Shown: positions 9,394 to 20,138 of the stretch, piece by piece
How positions within the stretch are numbered: position 1 is the first letter of the stretch
How the letters are laid out: each line of letters opens with the position of its first letter
NCBI GenBank assembly: GCA_965206595.1
Contig: OZ242214.1
Coordinates: 6,400,001 to 6,464,000, forward strand
Source of the DNA: Candidatus Latescibacterota bacterium
GTDB taxonomy: Bacteria; Latescibacterota; UBA2968; UBA8231
Reading direction: 5' to 3'
DNA length: 64,000 nt
The notes under the pieces: generated by a model
The model's database searches: none
What the model was told of the DNA's origin: nothing
Seen by the model: the letters and a program-made list of their open reading frames with translations, nothing else
Position numbers and translations under genes: made by a program

Positions 9394-11706
9394 TCAGCCG
9401 GCCGCTTCCTGATACTGCTCCGAATGCCGCTGCAGGGCCGCCACGATCCGGTCCGGGCTCATCGGCAGTTCGCGCAGGCGGACGCCGACAGCGTCGTAGA
9501 TGGCGTTGGCGATCGCCGCCATCGGAGGAACCAGGGGAACCTCGCCGACGCCGCGGATCCCGTGCGGGCTGGCGGGGTTGTTCACTTCCACCAGTATGCA
9601 GTCGACCATCGGCAAATCGAGAGTGGTGGGCATGCGGTAGTCGAGAAAGGTCGGATTCGCCATGGTGCCGTCCTCCCCGTAGAAATACCCCTCGGTCAAA
9701 GCCCAGCCGATCCCCTGAACGACGCCGCCCTGGATCTGCCCCTCTACATACGAGGGGTGGATGGCCTTGCCGACGTCCTGGGCCGCGGTGTAGCGGAGGA
9801 TCCTGACCTTGCCAGTCTCGGGGTCGACCTCGACATCGACGGCGTGCGTCGCGAAGGCATTGCCCGGGCCCGAAGCGTTGATCGCACCGGTGCCCTCGAT
9901 AGGGCCGCCCGTCGACCCCTGCTCGGCGGCGACCTCGTTGAAAGTCAGCCCCTTGCTCGAATCCGACTTGCAGACGAAACGGCCGTTGGCGAACTCAACG
10001 TCCCCCTCCTCGACCTCCAGTTGGAGGGCGGCGCGCACGCGCATCTTTTCCTTGACGTCCTCGGCGGCGAGATAGCAGGCGTGGCCGGTTGCGTAACAGA
10101 CGCGGCTGCCACCCGTGCCGTCGGTGTAGCCGATCGAATCGGTGTCGACGACCATCGGGTTCACCTGGTCGGCGGAAAGACCGAGAGTCTCGGCCACGAT
10201 CATCGCCATGGCGGCGCGCGTGCCGCCGATGTCGGCCGAGCCTTCCTGCAAGGTCACGGTACCGTCCGTTGCCACGACGATGGTCGCTGCCGACTGCCCG
10301 CCGCCGTTGAACCAGAAACCGGAGGCAACGCCGCGGCCCTGGTTTAGACCGCCCGGGGCCGGGCTCCGGTAGTGGTCGGAACCGACGATGGAGGCGACGG
10401 TTTCCTCGCAACCGATCTCCCCGTAGACCGTGCCGTCCGCCCTGCGAGTGCCCTTGCGGGCCGAGTTCCGGTGCCGCAACTCCAGTGGGTCCATGCCGAT
10501 TTTTTCGGCGAGCTCGTCGATCACGGTCTCCGACGCGAAAGCGGCGTTCGGAGCCCCCGGGGCGCGGTAGGCACTCGACTTGGGTTTGTTGACGACGACG
10601 TCGTAGGCGTCGATGGTGACGTTCGGAATGTTGTACGGGGCGAGAATGCACTGCGAACCGGCGCCGACGGCCGAGCCGGGATAGGCGCCGGCTTCGTACA
10701 CCATGTAGCAGTGGGCGGCGACGAGGCGGCCGTCATTGGTCACCCCCATCCTGATGCGCTGGAACGACCCTGGCGCCGGCCCGGTCGCCTCGAAAACCTC
10801 GCTCCGGCTCATCAGCATCTTCACCGGGTGGCCGGTCTTGTGCGACATCACCGCGGCCGCAGGTTCCATGTAGATCGGGAATTTGCCGCCGAACCCGCCG
10901 CCGATCTCGCAGGGGATCACCTTGACCTTCGAGATCGGCAGCTGCAGCACTTCGGCAAGCTGGGCGCGAATCTGGAACGGCCCCTGGGTGCTGACCCAGA
11001 CGGTGACCGAGCCGTCTTCCTTCCAGAAGACGGTCGTGTTGTGGGGCTCGATGTAACCCTGATGAACGGTGGCAGTGTGGAACTCCCGCTCGACGACCAC
11101 GTCGGCCTGGGCAAAACCTTCCTCGAGGTCCCCCATCTTATGCTGGTTGTAGCTGGCGATGTTGCTCTTCCTTCCCGAATCCTCCCCCAGGGACTGGGTA
11201 TTGCGGTTATCGTCGAGCAGGGGCGCCCCCTCTTCCATCGCTTTGCGCACGTCGACTACGGCCGGCAGGGGTTCGTACTCGACCTCGATCAGGGCAAGTG
11301 CCTCTTCTGCGATGTGCGGGCTCGTCGCCGCGACCGCGGCGACCGCATGGCCCTTGTAGAGCACCTTGTCCGATGCCAGGCTGTTCTGGGCGATCTCGCG
11401 GATGTTGACTAGGGTTTCCCCTATGTCGGACAGCTTGTCGACGGTCTCGACGAGATCGTCGGCGGTGGCGACGGCCCGGACCCCTTCAACCTCGAGGGCC
11501 CTGCTCGTATCGATGGAAAGGATGCGCGCGTGGGCGTGGGGGCTGCGAAGCACCTTTCCGTAGAGCGTGTCGGGAAGCCTCACATCCGCTCCGTAGACCG
11601 CGCGGCCGGTCACCTTGTCGTGGCCGTCATGGCGGACAGGACGGGTACCGATGACCTTGTACTTGCCGTCGCTGGTGTAGTCGGGATAATGCGGTTTCGT
11701 TGCCAT
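9394..11706 (-). CDS. Xanthine dehydrogenase / aldehyde oxidoreductase family molybdopterin-binding subunit
   Basis: KVTGRAVYGAD, RSPHAHARI, HQGYIEPH, IGGGFGGK, AYRAPG, EGQIQGGVVQGIG, RGVGE; RBS and ATG at 11706. Confidence 0.93.
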   Translation of the reverse strand: MATKPHYPDYTSDGKYKVIGTRPVRHDGHDKVTGRAVYGADVRLPDTLYGKVLRSPHAHARILSIDTSRALEVEGVRAVATADDLVETVDKLSDIGETLVNIREIAQNSLASDKVLYKGHAVAAVAATSPHIAEEALALIEVEYEPLPAVVDVRKAMEEGAPLLDDNRNTQSLGEDSGRKSNIASYNQHKMGDLEEGFAQADVVVEREFHTATVHQGYIEPHNTTVFWKEDGSVTVWVSTQGPFQIRAQLAEVLQLPISKVKVIPCEIGGGFGGKFPIYMEPAAAVMSHKTGHPVKMLMSRSEVFEATGPAPGSFQRIRMGVTNDGRLVAAHCYMVYEAGAYPGSAVGAGSQCILAPYNIPNVTIDAYDVVVNKPKSSAYRAPGAPNAAFASETVIDELAEKIGMDPLELRHRNSARKGTRRADGTVYGEIGCEETVASIVGSDHYRSPAPGGLNQGRGVASGFWFNGGGQSAATIVVATDGTVTLQEGSADIGGTRAAMAMIVAETLGLSADQVNPMVVDTDSIGYTDGTGGSRVCYATGHACYLAAEDVKEKMRVRAALQLEVEEGDVEFANGRFVCKSDSSKGLTFNEVAAEQGSTGGPIEGTGAINASGPGNAFATHAVDVEVDPETGKVRILRYTAAQDVGKAIHPSYVEGQIQGGVVQGIGWALTEGYFYGEDGTMANPTFLDYRMPTTLDLPMVDCILVEVNNPASPHGIRGVGEVPLVPPMAAIANAIYDAVGVRLRELPMSPDRIVAALQRHSEQYQEAAG

Positions 11707-11739
11707 GTCGTTCTCTTTCTCGCCGATGGCTGGTTTATA

Positions 11740-11824
11740 TGGTGCGGAAGCGGGGATTCGAACCCCGACGCCCGAAGGCACTGCCCCCTCAAGACAGCGT
11801 GTCTACCAATTCCACCACTTCCGC
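11740..11824 (-). tRNA. tRNA-Leu(GAG)
   Basis: GCGGAAGTGGTGGAATTGGTAGACACG-CTGTC-TT-GAG-GG-GGCAG, long variable arm, GGTTCGAATCC, CCA end. Confidence 0.96.
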
Positions 11825-11851
11825 ACGATTCCGAAATCCTCCGGGGATTGG

Positions 11852-12256
11852 CTACTCCTGCGAGCCCTCGCCCCCCGCCGTCTCCACGGCCTCGGTTACG
11901 CCCCCGAGCACAGACGGATTCTCGACCTCCTCACCGACGGTTTCCTGGAAATTCGGGAGTTGGCTCTGTGGCACCCCACCCTCCTGCAGCATTCTTTCGG
12001 TAGCCGTCATCGGCTGCTCGTCGGAGCTGCTCCACATGAACGACTGCACGAGGCAGCTTACCAGAAAAGCGGTGGCGAGCGCACTGGTCGTTTTGGAGAG
12101 AAAGGTCGCTGCAGTGCGGCCCCCGAGAACCGAAGACGAACTCAACCCTCCTCCCACGGAGGCGGCCAGGCCGCCGCCTTTGCCCGATTGCATGAGCACG
12201 GCAACGACGAGGAGGATGGCGATCAGAACGTGAAGAATCGTGAGCAGGACAATCAT
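11852..12256 (-). CDS. secG: Preprotein translocase subunit SecG
   Basis: Two TM helices, LMQSGKGGGLA linker, tpiA-secG-tRNA-Leu synteny. Confidence 0.93.
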   Translation of the reverse strand: MIVLLTILHVLIAILLVVAVLMQSGKGGGLAASVGGGLSSSSVLGGRTAATFLSKTTSALATAFLVSCLVQSFMWSSSDEQPMTATERMLQEGGVPQSQLPNFQETVGEEVENPSVLGGVTEAVETAGGEGSQE

Positions 12257-12260
12257 GGCG

Positions 12261-13022
<762 letters not shown>

Positions 13023-13105
13023 GGACGGGACCTACCGCTGTCTTGCGACAGGCTGTGCTGGTTCCTGCGCTCGCAATTCCGCGTGAATTCGGCCGCCGCT
13101 GCATC

Positions 13106-13235
13106 TTGAGGGGAAATCGCTGTTCGATCCAATCCAGTTCATCTGTGGACTTTTCCCCTCAATCCCGGCTCACTGCGTTGCTTTCGCTCGCCGTACACCC
13201 CCGGTACGGCTCGTTCAGGCGCCTTGCGAGCCGGG
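13106..13235. repeat. Nested inverted repeats between pgk and tpiA
   Basis: TTGAGGGGAAA (13106-16)/TTTCCCCTCAA (13152-62); CCCGGCTC (13164-71)/GAGCCGGG (13228-35) enclosing GCCGTAC (13190-96)/GTACGGC (13204-10). Confidence 0.6.
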
Positions 13236-13300
13236 CGCTTCGACGAAAGGACGCAGTTGGTCCTCGCCCTCGTTCGTACGCTTACTTACGCCCGCAGATA

Positions 13301-14500
13301 CTAGGCATCTGAAAGGGCTGCCGCTCCCGGCAGCTCGAAACCGGCGAGGCATTCGAGCGAAGCGCCCCCCCCGGTAGAGACGTGGGTCATGCGGTCGGCT
13401 ACCCCGGCCTGCGCCACCGCGGCCGCGGTATCCCCTCCTCCGATGATGGTCACCGCGCCTGATTCCCAGCCGGCCCGTTCCAGGCAGCGGGCCATCGAGA
13501 GCGTAGCGTTCGCGAACGGCTCTACCTCGAAAACACCAAGGGGTCCGTTCCAGACGACCGTGCCCGCCTTGCTTGCCCGGTCTTCGAACAGAGAGCTCGT
13601 TTCCGGTCCTACATCCAGCCCTTGCAGGCCTTCCGGGATGGCGTCGGCGGCGACCACCTCGGTATCGACACCCGCAACGATGCGGCCGGCTACGACGAGG
13701 TCCACCGGCAGCAGCAGCTCGACGCCACTGCTTTCCGCTTGGCGCAGCAGCTCGACGGCCACCACCACGGAAGCCGGGTCGAACAGGGAGTCGCCGATCT
13801 CAAGACCCCGTGCTTTGAGAAAGGTGTAGGACATGCCTCCGCCAATGAGCAGAGTATCCACCTTGGCCATCAGGTTGCGGACCACCTCGATCTTGTCAAC
13901 CACCTTGGCACCCCCCAGGATAGCGACAAAAGGCCTTTGGGGATCGGCGATGGCGTCCTGGAGGTACTGCAACTCCTTTTTCATCAGGTAGCCGCTGATT
14001 GCCTCGTCGAAGAAATGGGTTACTCCCTCCGTGGAAGCGTGGGCGCGATGGGCGGCGCCGAATGCGTCGTTGACGTAGAGATCCCCGAGGCCGGCCAGCT
14101 GCCCCGCGAAGTCGGGGTCGTTCTCCTCTTCTTCGGGGTGGAAGCGCAGGTTTTCCAGCAGGATCACCTGCCCAGGCTTGAGGTCCGCGGCCATGCGCCG
14201 CGTTTCTTCGCCGATGCAGTCCGGCGCCAGGTGGACCGAGGTTCCCAGCAGCTGATGCAACAGGCTGGCCACCGGGGCGAGCGTGAGGTCGGGCCGGTGC
14301 TGTCCCCTGGGGCGGCCGAGGTGGGACATGAGCACGAGCGAGGCCCCCTTTTCCAGAAGATGCCACAGGGTCGGCAGCGCCGCCTTCACGCGCGTGTCGT
14401 CGGTAATGTTGCGGTCGGCGTCTATCGGCACGTTGAAATCTACACGCACCAGAACGCACTTGCCTGCTACATCGACGTCGTCAATCGTTTTTTTCGGCAT
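13301..14500 (-). CDS. pgk: Phosphoglycerate kinase
   Basis: VRVDFNVP, SHLGRP, LENLRF, DAFGAAHRAHAS, WNGPLGVFE, HVSTGGGASLE. Confidence 0.98.
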   Translation of the reverse strand: MPKKTIDDVDVAGKCVLVRVDFNVPIDADRNITDDTRVKAALPTLWHLLEKGASLVLMSHLGRPRGQHRPDLTLAPVASLLHQLLGTSVHLAPDCIGEETRRMAADLKPGQVILLENLRFHPEEEENDPDFAGQLAGLGDLYVNDAFGAAHRAHASTEGVTHFFDEAISGYLMKKELQYLQDAIADPQRPFVAILGGAKVVDKIEVVRNLMAKVDTLLIGGGMSYTFLKARGLEIGDSLFDPASVVVAVELLRQAESSGVELLLPVDLVVAGRIVAGVDTEVVAADAIPEGLQGLDVGPETSSLFEDRASKAGTVVWNGPLGVFEVEPFANATLSMARCLERAGWESGAVTIIGGGDTAAAVAQAGVADRMTHVSTGGGASLECLAGFELPGAAALSDA

Positions 14501-14563
14501 GGGCTGTCTCCGCGGGCTTCTGCCCGGCCTTGCCATTAAAAAACAGTGTCCGCATTCGCTGAG

Positions 14564-15482
14564 TCACCCGAAAAAAACTCGCGCGATGTCGAAAAGATCC
14601 TCACCTACCATCTTCAGCTCTCCGATCCCTTCCCCGAGGGGGATGGGCACGACCTCATTCCCCTGCAGGCTCACCATCTTGCCGAAGTCGGCGGCGGCGA
14701 CCAGGTCTATGGCGGCGATTCCGAACCGGGTTCCCAGAACGCGATCGAAAGCCGTCGGGGTGCCGCCGCGCTGCAAATGACCCAGAACGATAACCCTGGT
14801 TTCGTAGCCTGTCCGCTTTGCGATCTCCTCCCCCACCAGATGTCCCACCCCGCCCAGTTTCAGGTGGCCGAACTCGTCCCTGCCCCGCGATGAAACCACG
14901 TGGTCGTCCGTTCCCTCGATCTTCACTCCCTCCGCAACCACGACGATGCTGAAGTCCTTCCCGCGCTCGTGGCGCTTCTGAATCGACGCGACGATCTCGG
15001 TGATCGAGTACGCCTGCTCGGGAATCAGGATCATGTCCGCTCCCCCGGCGATGCCGGCGTGGACGGCGATCCAGCCGCTGTGCCTTCCCATCACTTCGAC
15101 GACCATCACCCTGTTGTGGGATTCGGCTGTCGTGTGAATGCGATCCAGCGCCTCGGTGACGATGTTGACCGCGGTGTCGAAACCGAAGGTGTAGTCCGTT
15201 TTGCTGATGTCGTTGTCAATCGTCTTGGGGACCCCGACCACGGGAGCATCCATCTCCGTGAGCTGGTGTGCGACCGTAAGGGTATCGTCCCCCCCTATGG
15301 CGATCAGGGCGTCGAGTTTCATGCGCTTGATGTTTTCGACGACGATATCGCCGCCATCGGGATCCTTGAACGGGGCGGTACCCGTACTCGACGATACCTT
15401 TGCGGACCGCGGCGCGAATGACGGCATTGAGTCCGGGACAGTCGCCACCACCGGTAAGAATTCCGACGGTCTTTTTCGGCAA
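14564..15482 (-). pseudogene. pfkA: 6-phosphofructokinase (PPi-type signature), interrupted by an internal deletion plus frameshift near 15376
   Basis: N-terminus VGILTGGGDCPGLNAVIRA in one frame (RBS AGGAG, TTG 15482); PFKD...IGGDDT, PKTIDND, EVMGRHSGW, GHLQRGG in another; the GGTILG segment is absent. Confidence 0.85.
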
Positions 15483-15712
15483 TTTCCACTCCTGTTTCTG
15501 CAAAATGCGTGGGAAATCCGCCCCGGTAGCGAGCCCCTTCTCCGATGGGTTTCCTCTCCTTCAGGAGGGGGCGAGAGATCCTCTGCCCGTCGCGCCCCGC
15601 CGCAGCAGGCCGGCCCCTCGATGGCCCTCGGAAAACCGCTGTCCGGCAGGGCGATGCGAGGGAGCGGCAATTCTATCTCGCCCTATGGGTAACGTCAAGA
15701 CGGACGGGACTT

Positions 15713-16525
15713 TCAGGCTTCTTTCAGAGGTGCCGAAGCGAGCGCCAGGACGACCACGGAAGCCCCCCGTGCGGCGAGGGATTCCGCGCATGCCCCGATT
15801 GTCGAGCCGGTCGTTATCACATCGTCGACCAGGCCCGCGACAACCCCTCGAGGGAGGTCGGATGCCGCGAATGCGGAGCTGAGGTTTTTCACGCGTTCCG
15901 CCGCCGTCAATTTCGCCTGCTGACGAGTCGCCACGACCCTCCTGACCTTGTCAGCGGCGACCGGCTTGCCGCTTGCCGCGGCGATGCCGCGCGCAATGAG
16001 CAGGCTCTGGTTGAACCCGCGTTCGCGCAGCCGGGTCGGGTGAAGCGGCACCGGGACCAGCAGGTCGATGCATCCGAGCTCCACGAACCCGGGCAGTGAT
16101 GCCAGGTGCATGCCCAGCTCCACCGCCAGCCTGCGATTGCCGGCGAACTTGATCGCATGGACGGCCTCCCTCAGGGCGCCTGCGAACGGCCCCAGCACCA
16201 GGGCGCGCTCGATCACCGGAGGCCAGTTCCGGCACTGGGAACAGTTGTTCAGGGAAGAACCGGGGTCACCTGGCAACGCCCCGGTCCGCGCACGAACGCC
16301 ACTGCAGCGAGGACACCGGTTCGGAAGCGGCTGGACGATCTCATCGCGGCAGGAAGGACACAGGGCCCGTTCCACCGAAACGACGGGTTCCCGGCAGACT
16401 GCGCAGTGCGGCGGGTAGACGAAATCGAGGAGACACCTGGCGCCGGCGCGAAGAGTGTGTGCGATCCGCGTCGCCTCCGTTTCCAATGGGTCGCATTCAT
16501 GGGCGGCGGGGGAGTTGCTGGCCAT
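15713..16525 (-). CDS. comF: ComF family amidophosphoribosyltransferase-like protein
   Basis: Cys-pair zinc ribbon, VPVPLH..RLRERGFNQS, LVDDVITTGST. Confidence 0.9.
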   Translation of the reverse strand: MASNSPAAHECDPLETEATRIAHTLRAGARCLLDFVYPPHCAVCREPVVSVERALCPSCRDEIVQPLPNRCPRCSGVRARTGALPGDPGSSLNNCSQCRNWPPVIERALVLGPFAGALREAVHAIKFAGNRRLAVELGMHLASLPGFVELGCIDLLVPVPLHPTRLRERGFNQSLLIARGIAAASGKPVAADKVRRVVATRQQAKLTAAERVKNLSSAFAASDLPRGVVAGLVDDVITTGSTIGACAESLAARGASVVVLALASAPLKEA

Positions 16526-16764
16526 GGTGGCGGGATCGCATCAACAACCGTGCCCGCCGGGAATTCCGCGCCGCCTGGCTCCCTCCCACACCGAACCGAC
16601 ACGGAGTGACTTTACCAGGAATTCTTCTTCTCCTCCTCCCGTCGCCGCCTGAGTCCGGGGTTTTTTAGGTAGCTGCATGCAATTGACGCCGATGTCGCAG
16701 GACCATTATGCTCTTCCACTCCGCATCCCACTCACCACCCCGAAGTCACCCGCGAGCAACCAGC

Positions 16765-19683
16765 ATGACCCGATCGTTGGCCTTGGCATGGCGGATCGCG
16801 GCCGCGCTCGCCGTCGCCATTCCCTCCTGGTCAGAGCCCAAGCTCATCGAGGCGTCGGACCCGTCGGACCCGATGGCCGTTCACGTCTACCGCCTGAAGA
16901 ACGGCCTGACCGTATATCTCAGCGAAAACGATCAGAAACCCAGGTTTCACGCCGAGATCGCGGTCAGGGCCGGCAGCAAGCACGACCCCGAAATATCCAC
17001 CGGAATCGCCCATTACCTCGAGCACATGCTGTTCAAGGGCACCACCCGCCTCGGCACGCTCGACTACGAGACGGAGCGGGTCCATCTCGACAGCATCACT
17101 ACCCTCTACGAACACCGCTTCGCCGAGACCGATTCGACACGGCGCCGGCATCTCTACGCCCGTATCAACGAACAGGGGCAGCTCGGATCGCGGTACGCGG
17201 TCCCCGGCGAGCTCGACCGGATCTACGCGGCCCTCGGGGGGGAAGGTCTCAATGCCCACACTTGGATCGAAGAGACGGTGTACAAGGTCGACCTGCCGGC
17301 GAATCGACTTTCCCATTGGGCCCGGCTGGAGGCGGAGCGCTTCTCGCAGCCGGTGTTCAGACTGTTCCAGACCGAGCTCGAAACCGTGTACGAGGAGAAA
17401 AACCGCTCCCTCGACAACAAGGACCGCCTCCTCCGGGAGGCGGTGAACCGCCGCCTCTACAAGGTTCATCCCTACGGGCAGCAGACCACCCTCGGCTCGC
17501 TCGAGCACCTGAAGAACCCGTCGCTCGAGCTGATGTACGAGTATTACCGCACTTGGTACGTGCCGAACAACATGGCGGTGATCATCTCGGGCGACATCGC
17601 CATCGGGGAAACGATCGCCCTGATCGACAGCGAGTTCTCCGACTGGGAACCGCGGCGCCTGCCGAAGCCGAGGAAGTGGAAGGAAAAGCAGCTGAAGGAA
17701 GTCGAACGCCTCGAGGTCGTCTACCCGGGGGAGGAGTACGTGCTGCTGGCCTTTCGCACCGCCCCGAGCACGCACGCGCACACCGAGGCGCTGCAGGTGC
17801 TCGATTACATACTCGACAACGCCACCGCCGGGCTCATCGACCTCAACCTCAACCAGAAGCAGCTGGTGCGGCGCGCCGGCTCCTGGACGACGTCCCACCA
17901 CAACAGCAACGACTGCGGAGCCCAGTATCTGTACGGGGTTCCCAAGGAGGGGCAGACCCTGGGGGAAGTCGAGGCGCTCCTGCTCGAGCAGGTGGAGCTG
18001 ATCAAGTCGGGGGAGTTCGAAGACTGGATCATTCCCGCCATCGTCACCGACTGGAAGAAGGGATACCGCCTCAGGCTCGAGGAGAACGGCTCCCGAGTCG
18101 GCCTGATGAACGAGGCATTCCTGTCGTTTCAGGATTGGGGCCGCGCCCGCCGCAAGCTCGAGCGCATGGCGAAGCTGCGCCGGAAGGACATCGTCAAGGT
18201 AGCGAGGAAGTACTTCAGCAGCGGCTACGTCGCCGGCTACCGCCGCGACGGCAAGCAGGAGCTTCCCGAGATCGAGAAACCGGTACTGGATCCCATCGAC
18301 GTCGACCCTTCCAGGCAGTCCGCCTTCGCCGCCGAGGTCCTCGTGCTTCCGAGCGAAGAGATCGAGCCGGTGTTCGTGGAATCCGGCAGGGATTTCACCA
18401 GGAAGAAGCTGCGCCAGGGAGTCGCTCTTTACTACGCCGCCAATCCGCTGAACGACCTGTTTTCATTCGAGATATCGGTCGACGTCGGCAAGCTGGCGGA
18501 CGAGCGGCTGGGGGTGGCCGGGCGGCTCCTCGACAAGTCGGGTGCCGGCGACCTGAGCGCCGGGGAGCTGAAGAAGGAGTGGTACCGCCTGGGAACGGAG
18601 TTCTCCTTCTCTCCGGGCAGTCACGCGACGGCGATTTCGATCTCCGGGCTGGACGAAAACTTCGCGGCCTCGATCGATCTGATGATGGAGATCCTGAACC
18701 GGGCGGCGGCCCCCGGCAGCACCCTGGATGAACTGATCGAAATCATCCTGGCAGAGCGGCAGGATGCGGTCAAGGATCACAACACCGTTCACCGTGCCCT
18801 GTTCCGCTACAACCGCCATGGAGGCAACTCTTCCTACCTGCGGGTCGTCCCGAACGAGCGGCTCCGGCGCCTGACAGTGGGGGAATTGCACGGGCTCGTG
18901 GCGAGCCTGTTGTCCTACCAGCACGACCTGTCTTATACCGGCTCGCTGCCCCTCGAGGAAGTGACGGCGACGCTGTCGCAACGGTACCCGCCTATGGCAG
19001 CCCAACTGAAACCTCCCCCCCCTTTCGAGGCCTTGGAGATACGTCGTCCGCATGAGACCGAAATCCTGTTTTTCGACAAGGAGATGGCCCAGGCTCTTGT
19101 GCGCATCGAATCCGGTGGGGAGACCTACGGCGAAAGCAGGCGCCCGCAGATCGACCTCTTCAACGAGTATTTCTACGGCGGCATGGCCGGCATTGTCTTC
19201 CAGGAACTAAGGGAAGCCAGGGCCCTGGCGTATTCGACCTGGGCCTGGCTGTTCCCGGGAACCCGCAAGGAGGACTACGACCTGTTCTCCGCCTATATCG
19301 GCTGCCAGGCGGACAAGACCCCCGAAGCGGTCGGGGTGTTCCTCGAGCTGATCGACGACATCCCCGCCTCGAAAGAGCGCTTCGCCTCGGCGCGAAAGGC
19401 GCTGTTAGAGCAGTACCGCACCCGCAGGCTCGGGTTCAGGGACGTGCTGGGGGCGGTGCATAAGTGGGAACTCCAGGAAGTCCCGGTCGATCCGAGACAA
19501 CAGCGCTTCGAACGGATCCGCTCCTCCTCGCTCGAGCGGCTGCTCGACTACCATGCCGAGCATATCGGCGGGCGGCCGAAGATGATCTCGGTCGTGGGGG
19601 ACGGATCGAAGATCGATGTCGACCGGCTCGCCCGGTACGGCAAGGTGGTTACCGTCGGAACCGAGGATATTTTCGGGTATTGA
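16765..19683 (+). CDS. M16 family (insulinase-like) zinc peptidase, secreted
   Basis: Signal peptide, LKNGLTVYL, TGIAHYLEHMLFKGT (HxxEH), NAHT, YVPNNM, FQELREARALAYS. Confidence 0.93.
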   Translation: MTRSLALAWRIAAALAVAIPSWSEPKLIEASDPSDPMAVHVYRLKNGLTVYLSENDQKPRFHAEIAVRAGSKHDPEISTGIAHYLEHMLFKGTTRLGTLDYETERVHLDSITTLYEHRFAETDSTRRRHLYARINEQGQLGSRYAVPGELDRIYAALGGEGLNAHTWIEETVYKVDLPANRLSHWARLEAERFSQPVFRLFQTELETVYEEKNRSLDNKDRLLREAVNRRLYKVHPYGQQTTLGSLEHLKNPSLELMYEYYRTWYVPNNMAVIISGDIAIGETIALIDSEFSDWEPRRLPKPRKWKEKQLKEVERLEVVYPGEEYVLLAFRTAPSTHAHTEALQVLDYILDNATAGLIDLNLNQKQLVRRAGSWTTSHHNSNDCGAQYLYGVPKEGQTLGEVEALLLEQVELIKSGEFEDWIIPAIVTDWKKGYRLRLEENGSRVGLMNEAFLSFQDWGRARRKLERMAKLRRKDIVKVARKYFSSGYVAGYRRDGKQELPEIEKPVLDPIDVDPSRQSAFAAEVLVLPSEEIEPVFVESGRDFTRKKLRQGVALYYAANPLNDLFSFEISVDVGKLADERLGVAGRLLDKSGAGDLSAGELKKEWYRLGTEFSFSPGSHATAISISGLDENFAASIDLMMEILNRAAAPGSTLDELIEIILAERQDAVKDHNTVHRALFRYNRHGGNSSYLRVVPNERLRRLTVGELHGLVASLLSYQHDLSYTGSLPLEEVTATLSQRYPPMAAQLKPPPPFEALEIRRPHETEILFFDKEMAQALVRIESGGETYGESRRPQIDLFNEYFYGGMAGIVFQELREARALAYSTWAWLFPGTRKEDYDLFSAYIGCQADKTPEAVGVFLELIDDIPASKERFASARKALLEQYRTRRLGFRDVLGAVHKWELQEVPVDPRQQRFERIRSSSLERLLDYHAEHIGGRPKMISVVGDGSKIDVDRLARYGKVVTVGTEDIFGY

Positions 19684-19723
19684 AAAACGAGTGCGTCCCG
19701 TGTTTGCCCCCCCGGCTCCTTTG

Positions 19724-19752
19724 TTGACAGGGAATAAGCCCCCATCTAGGTT
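19724..19752 (+). promoter_or_regulatory. sigma70 promoter of tRNA-Met
   Basis: TTGACA, 17 bp, TAGGTT, 11 bp upstream of the tRNA. Confidence 0.7.
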
Positions 19753-19763
19753 TCGATTTCCGG

Positions 19764-19840
19764 GGCGGCGTAGCTCAGTTGGTTAGAGCAGTGGAATCAT
19801 AATCCACGTGTCGGGGGTTCGAGTCCCTCCGCCGCTACCA
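19764..19840 (+). tRNA. tRNA-Met(CAT), probably elongator
   Basis: GGCGGCGTAGCTCAGTTGGTTAGAGCA-GTGGA-AT-CAT-AA-TCCAC...GGTTCGAGTCC...CGCCGCTACCA; lacks the initiator GGG/CCC anticodon stem. Confidence 0.93.
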
Positions 19841-19859
19841 TACAAATGCCCGGCCGCAG

Positions 19860-19888
19860 GCATTCGAGTGCCCTCGAATGCTTTTTTT
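19860..19888 (+). terminator. Intrinsic terminator after tRNA-Met
   Basis: GCATTCGAG-tgcc-CTCGAATGC followed by T7. Confidence 0.85.
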
Positions 19889-20138
19889 ATGCCCTTTCCA
19901 GACCTGACAGGTCAGCTGGCAGCCCTCGCACTGACTCTGCCCTGGGTCGGGCTGGCTGTGGCGTTATTGGCGAGCCACTCTCTCGGACAGCGGATGACAA
20001 TCGGAGTTGCAGCTGGTCTCGCCGGCACCGTTGCGACGGCACATCGGCTGGCGAGTTGGGGGCTCCTCGACCATGGGGCCCGTGGAACCGATTCGGGCCG
20101 GGACGCCGGAGCGTGCGGCCCCGGCTTCGCGTCACCCC

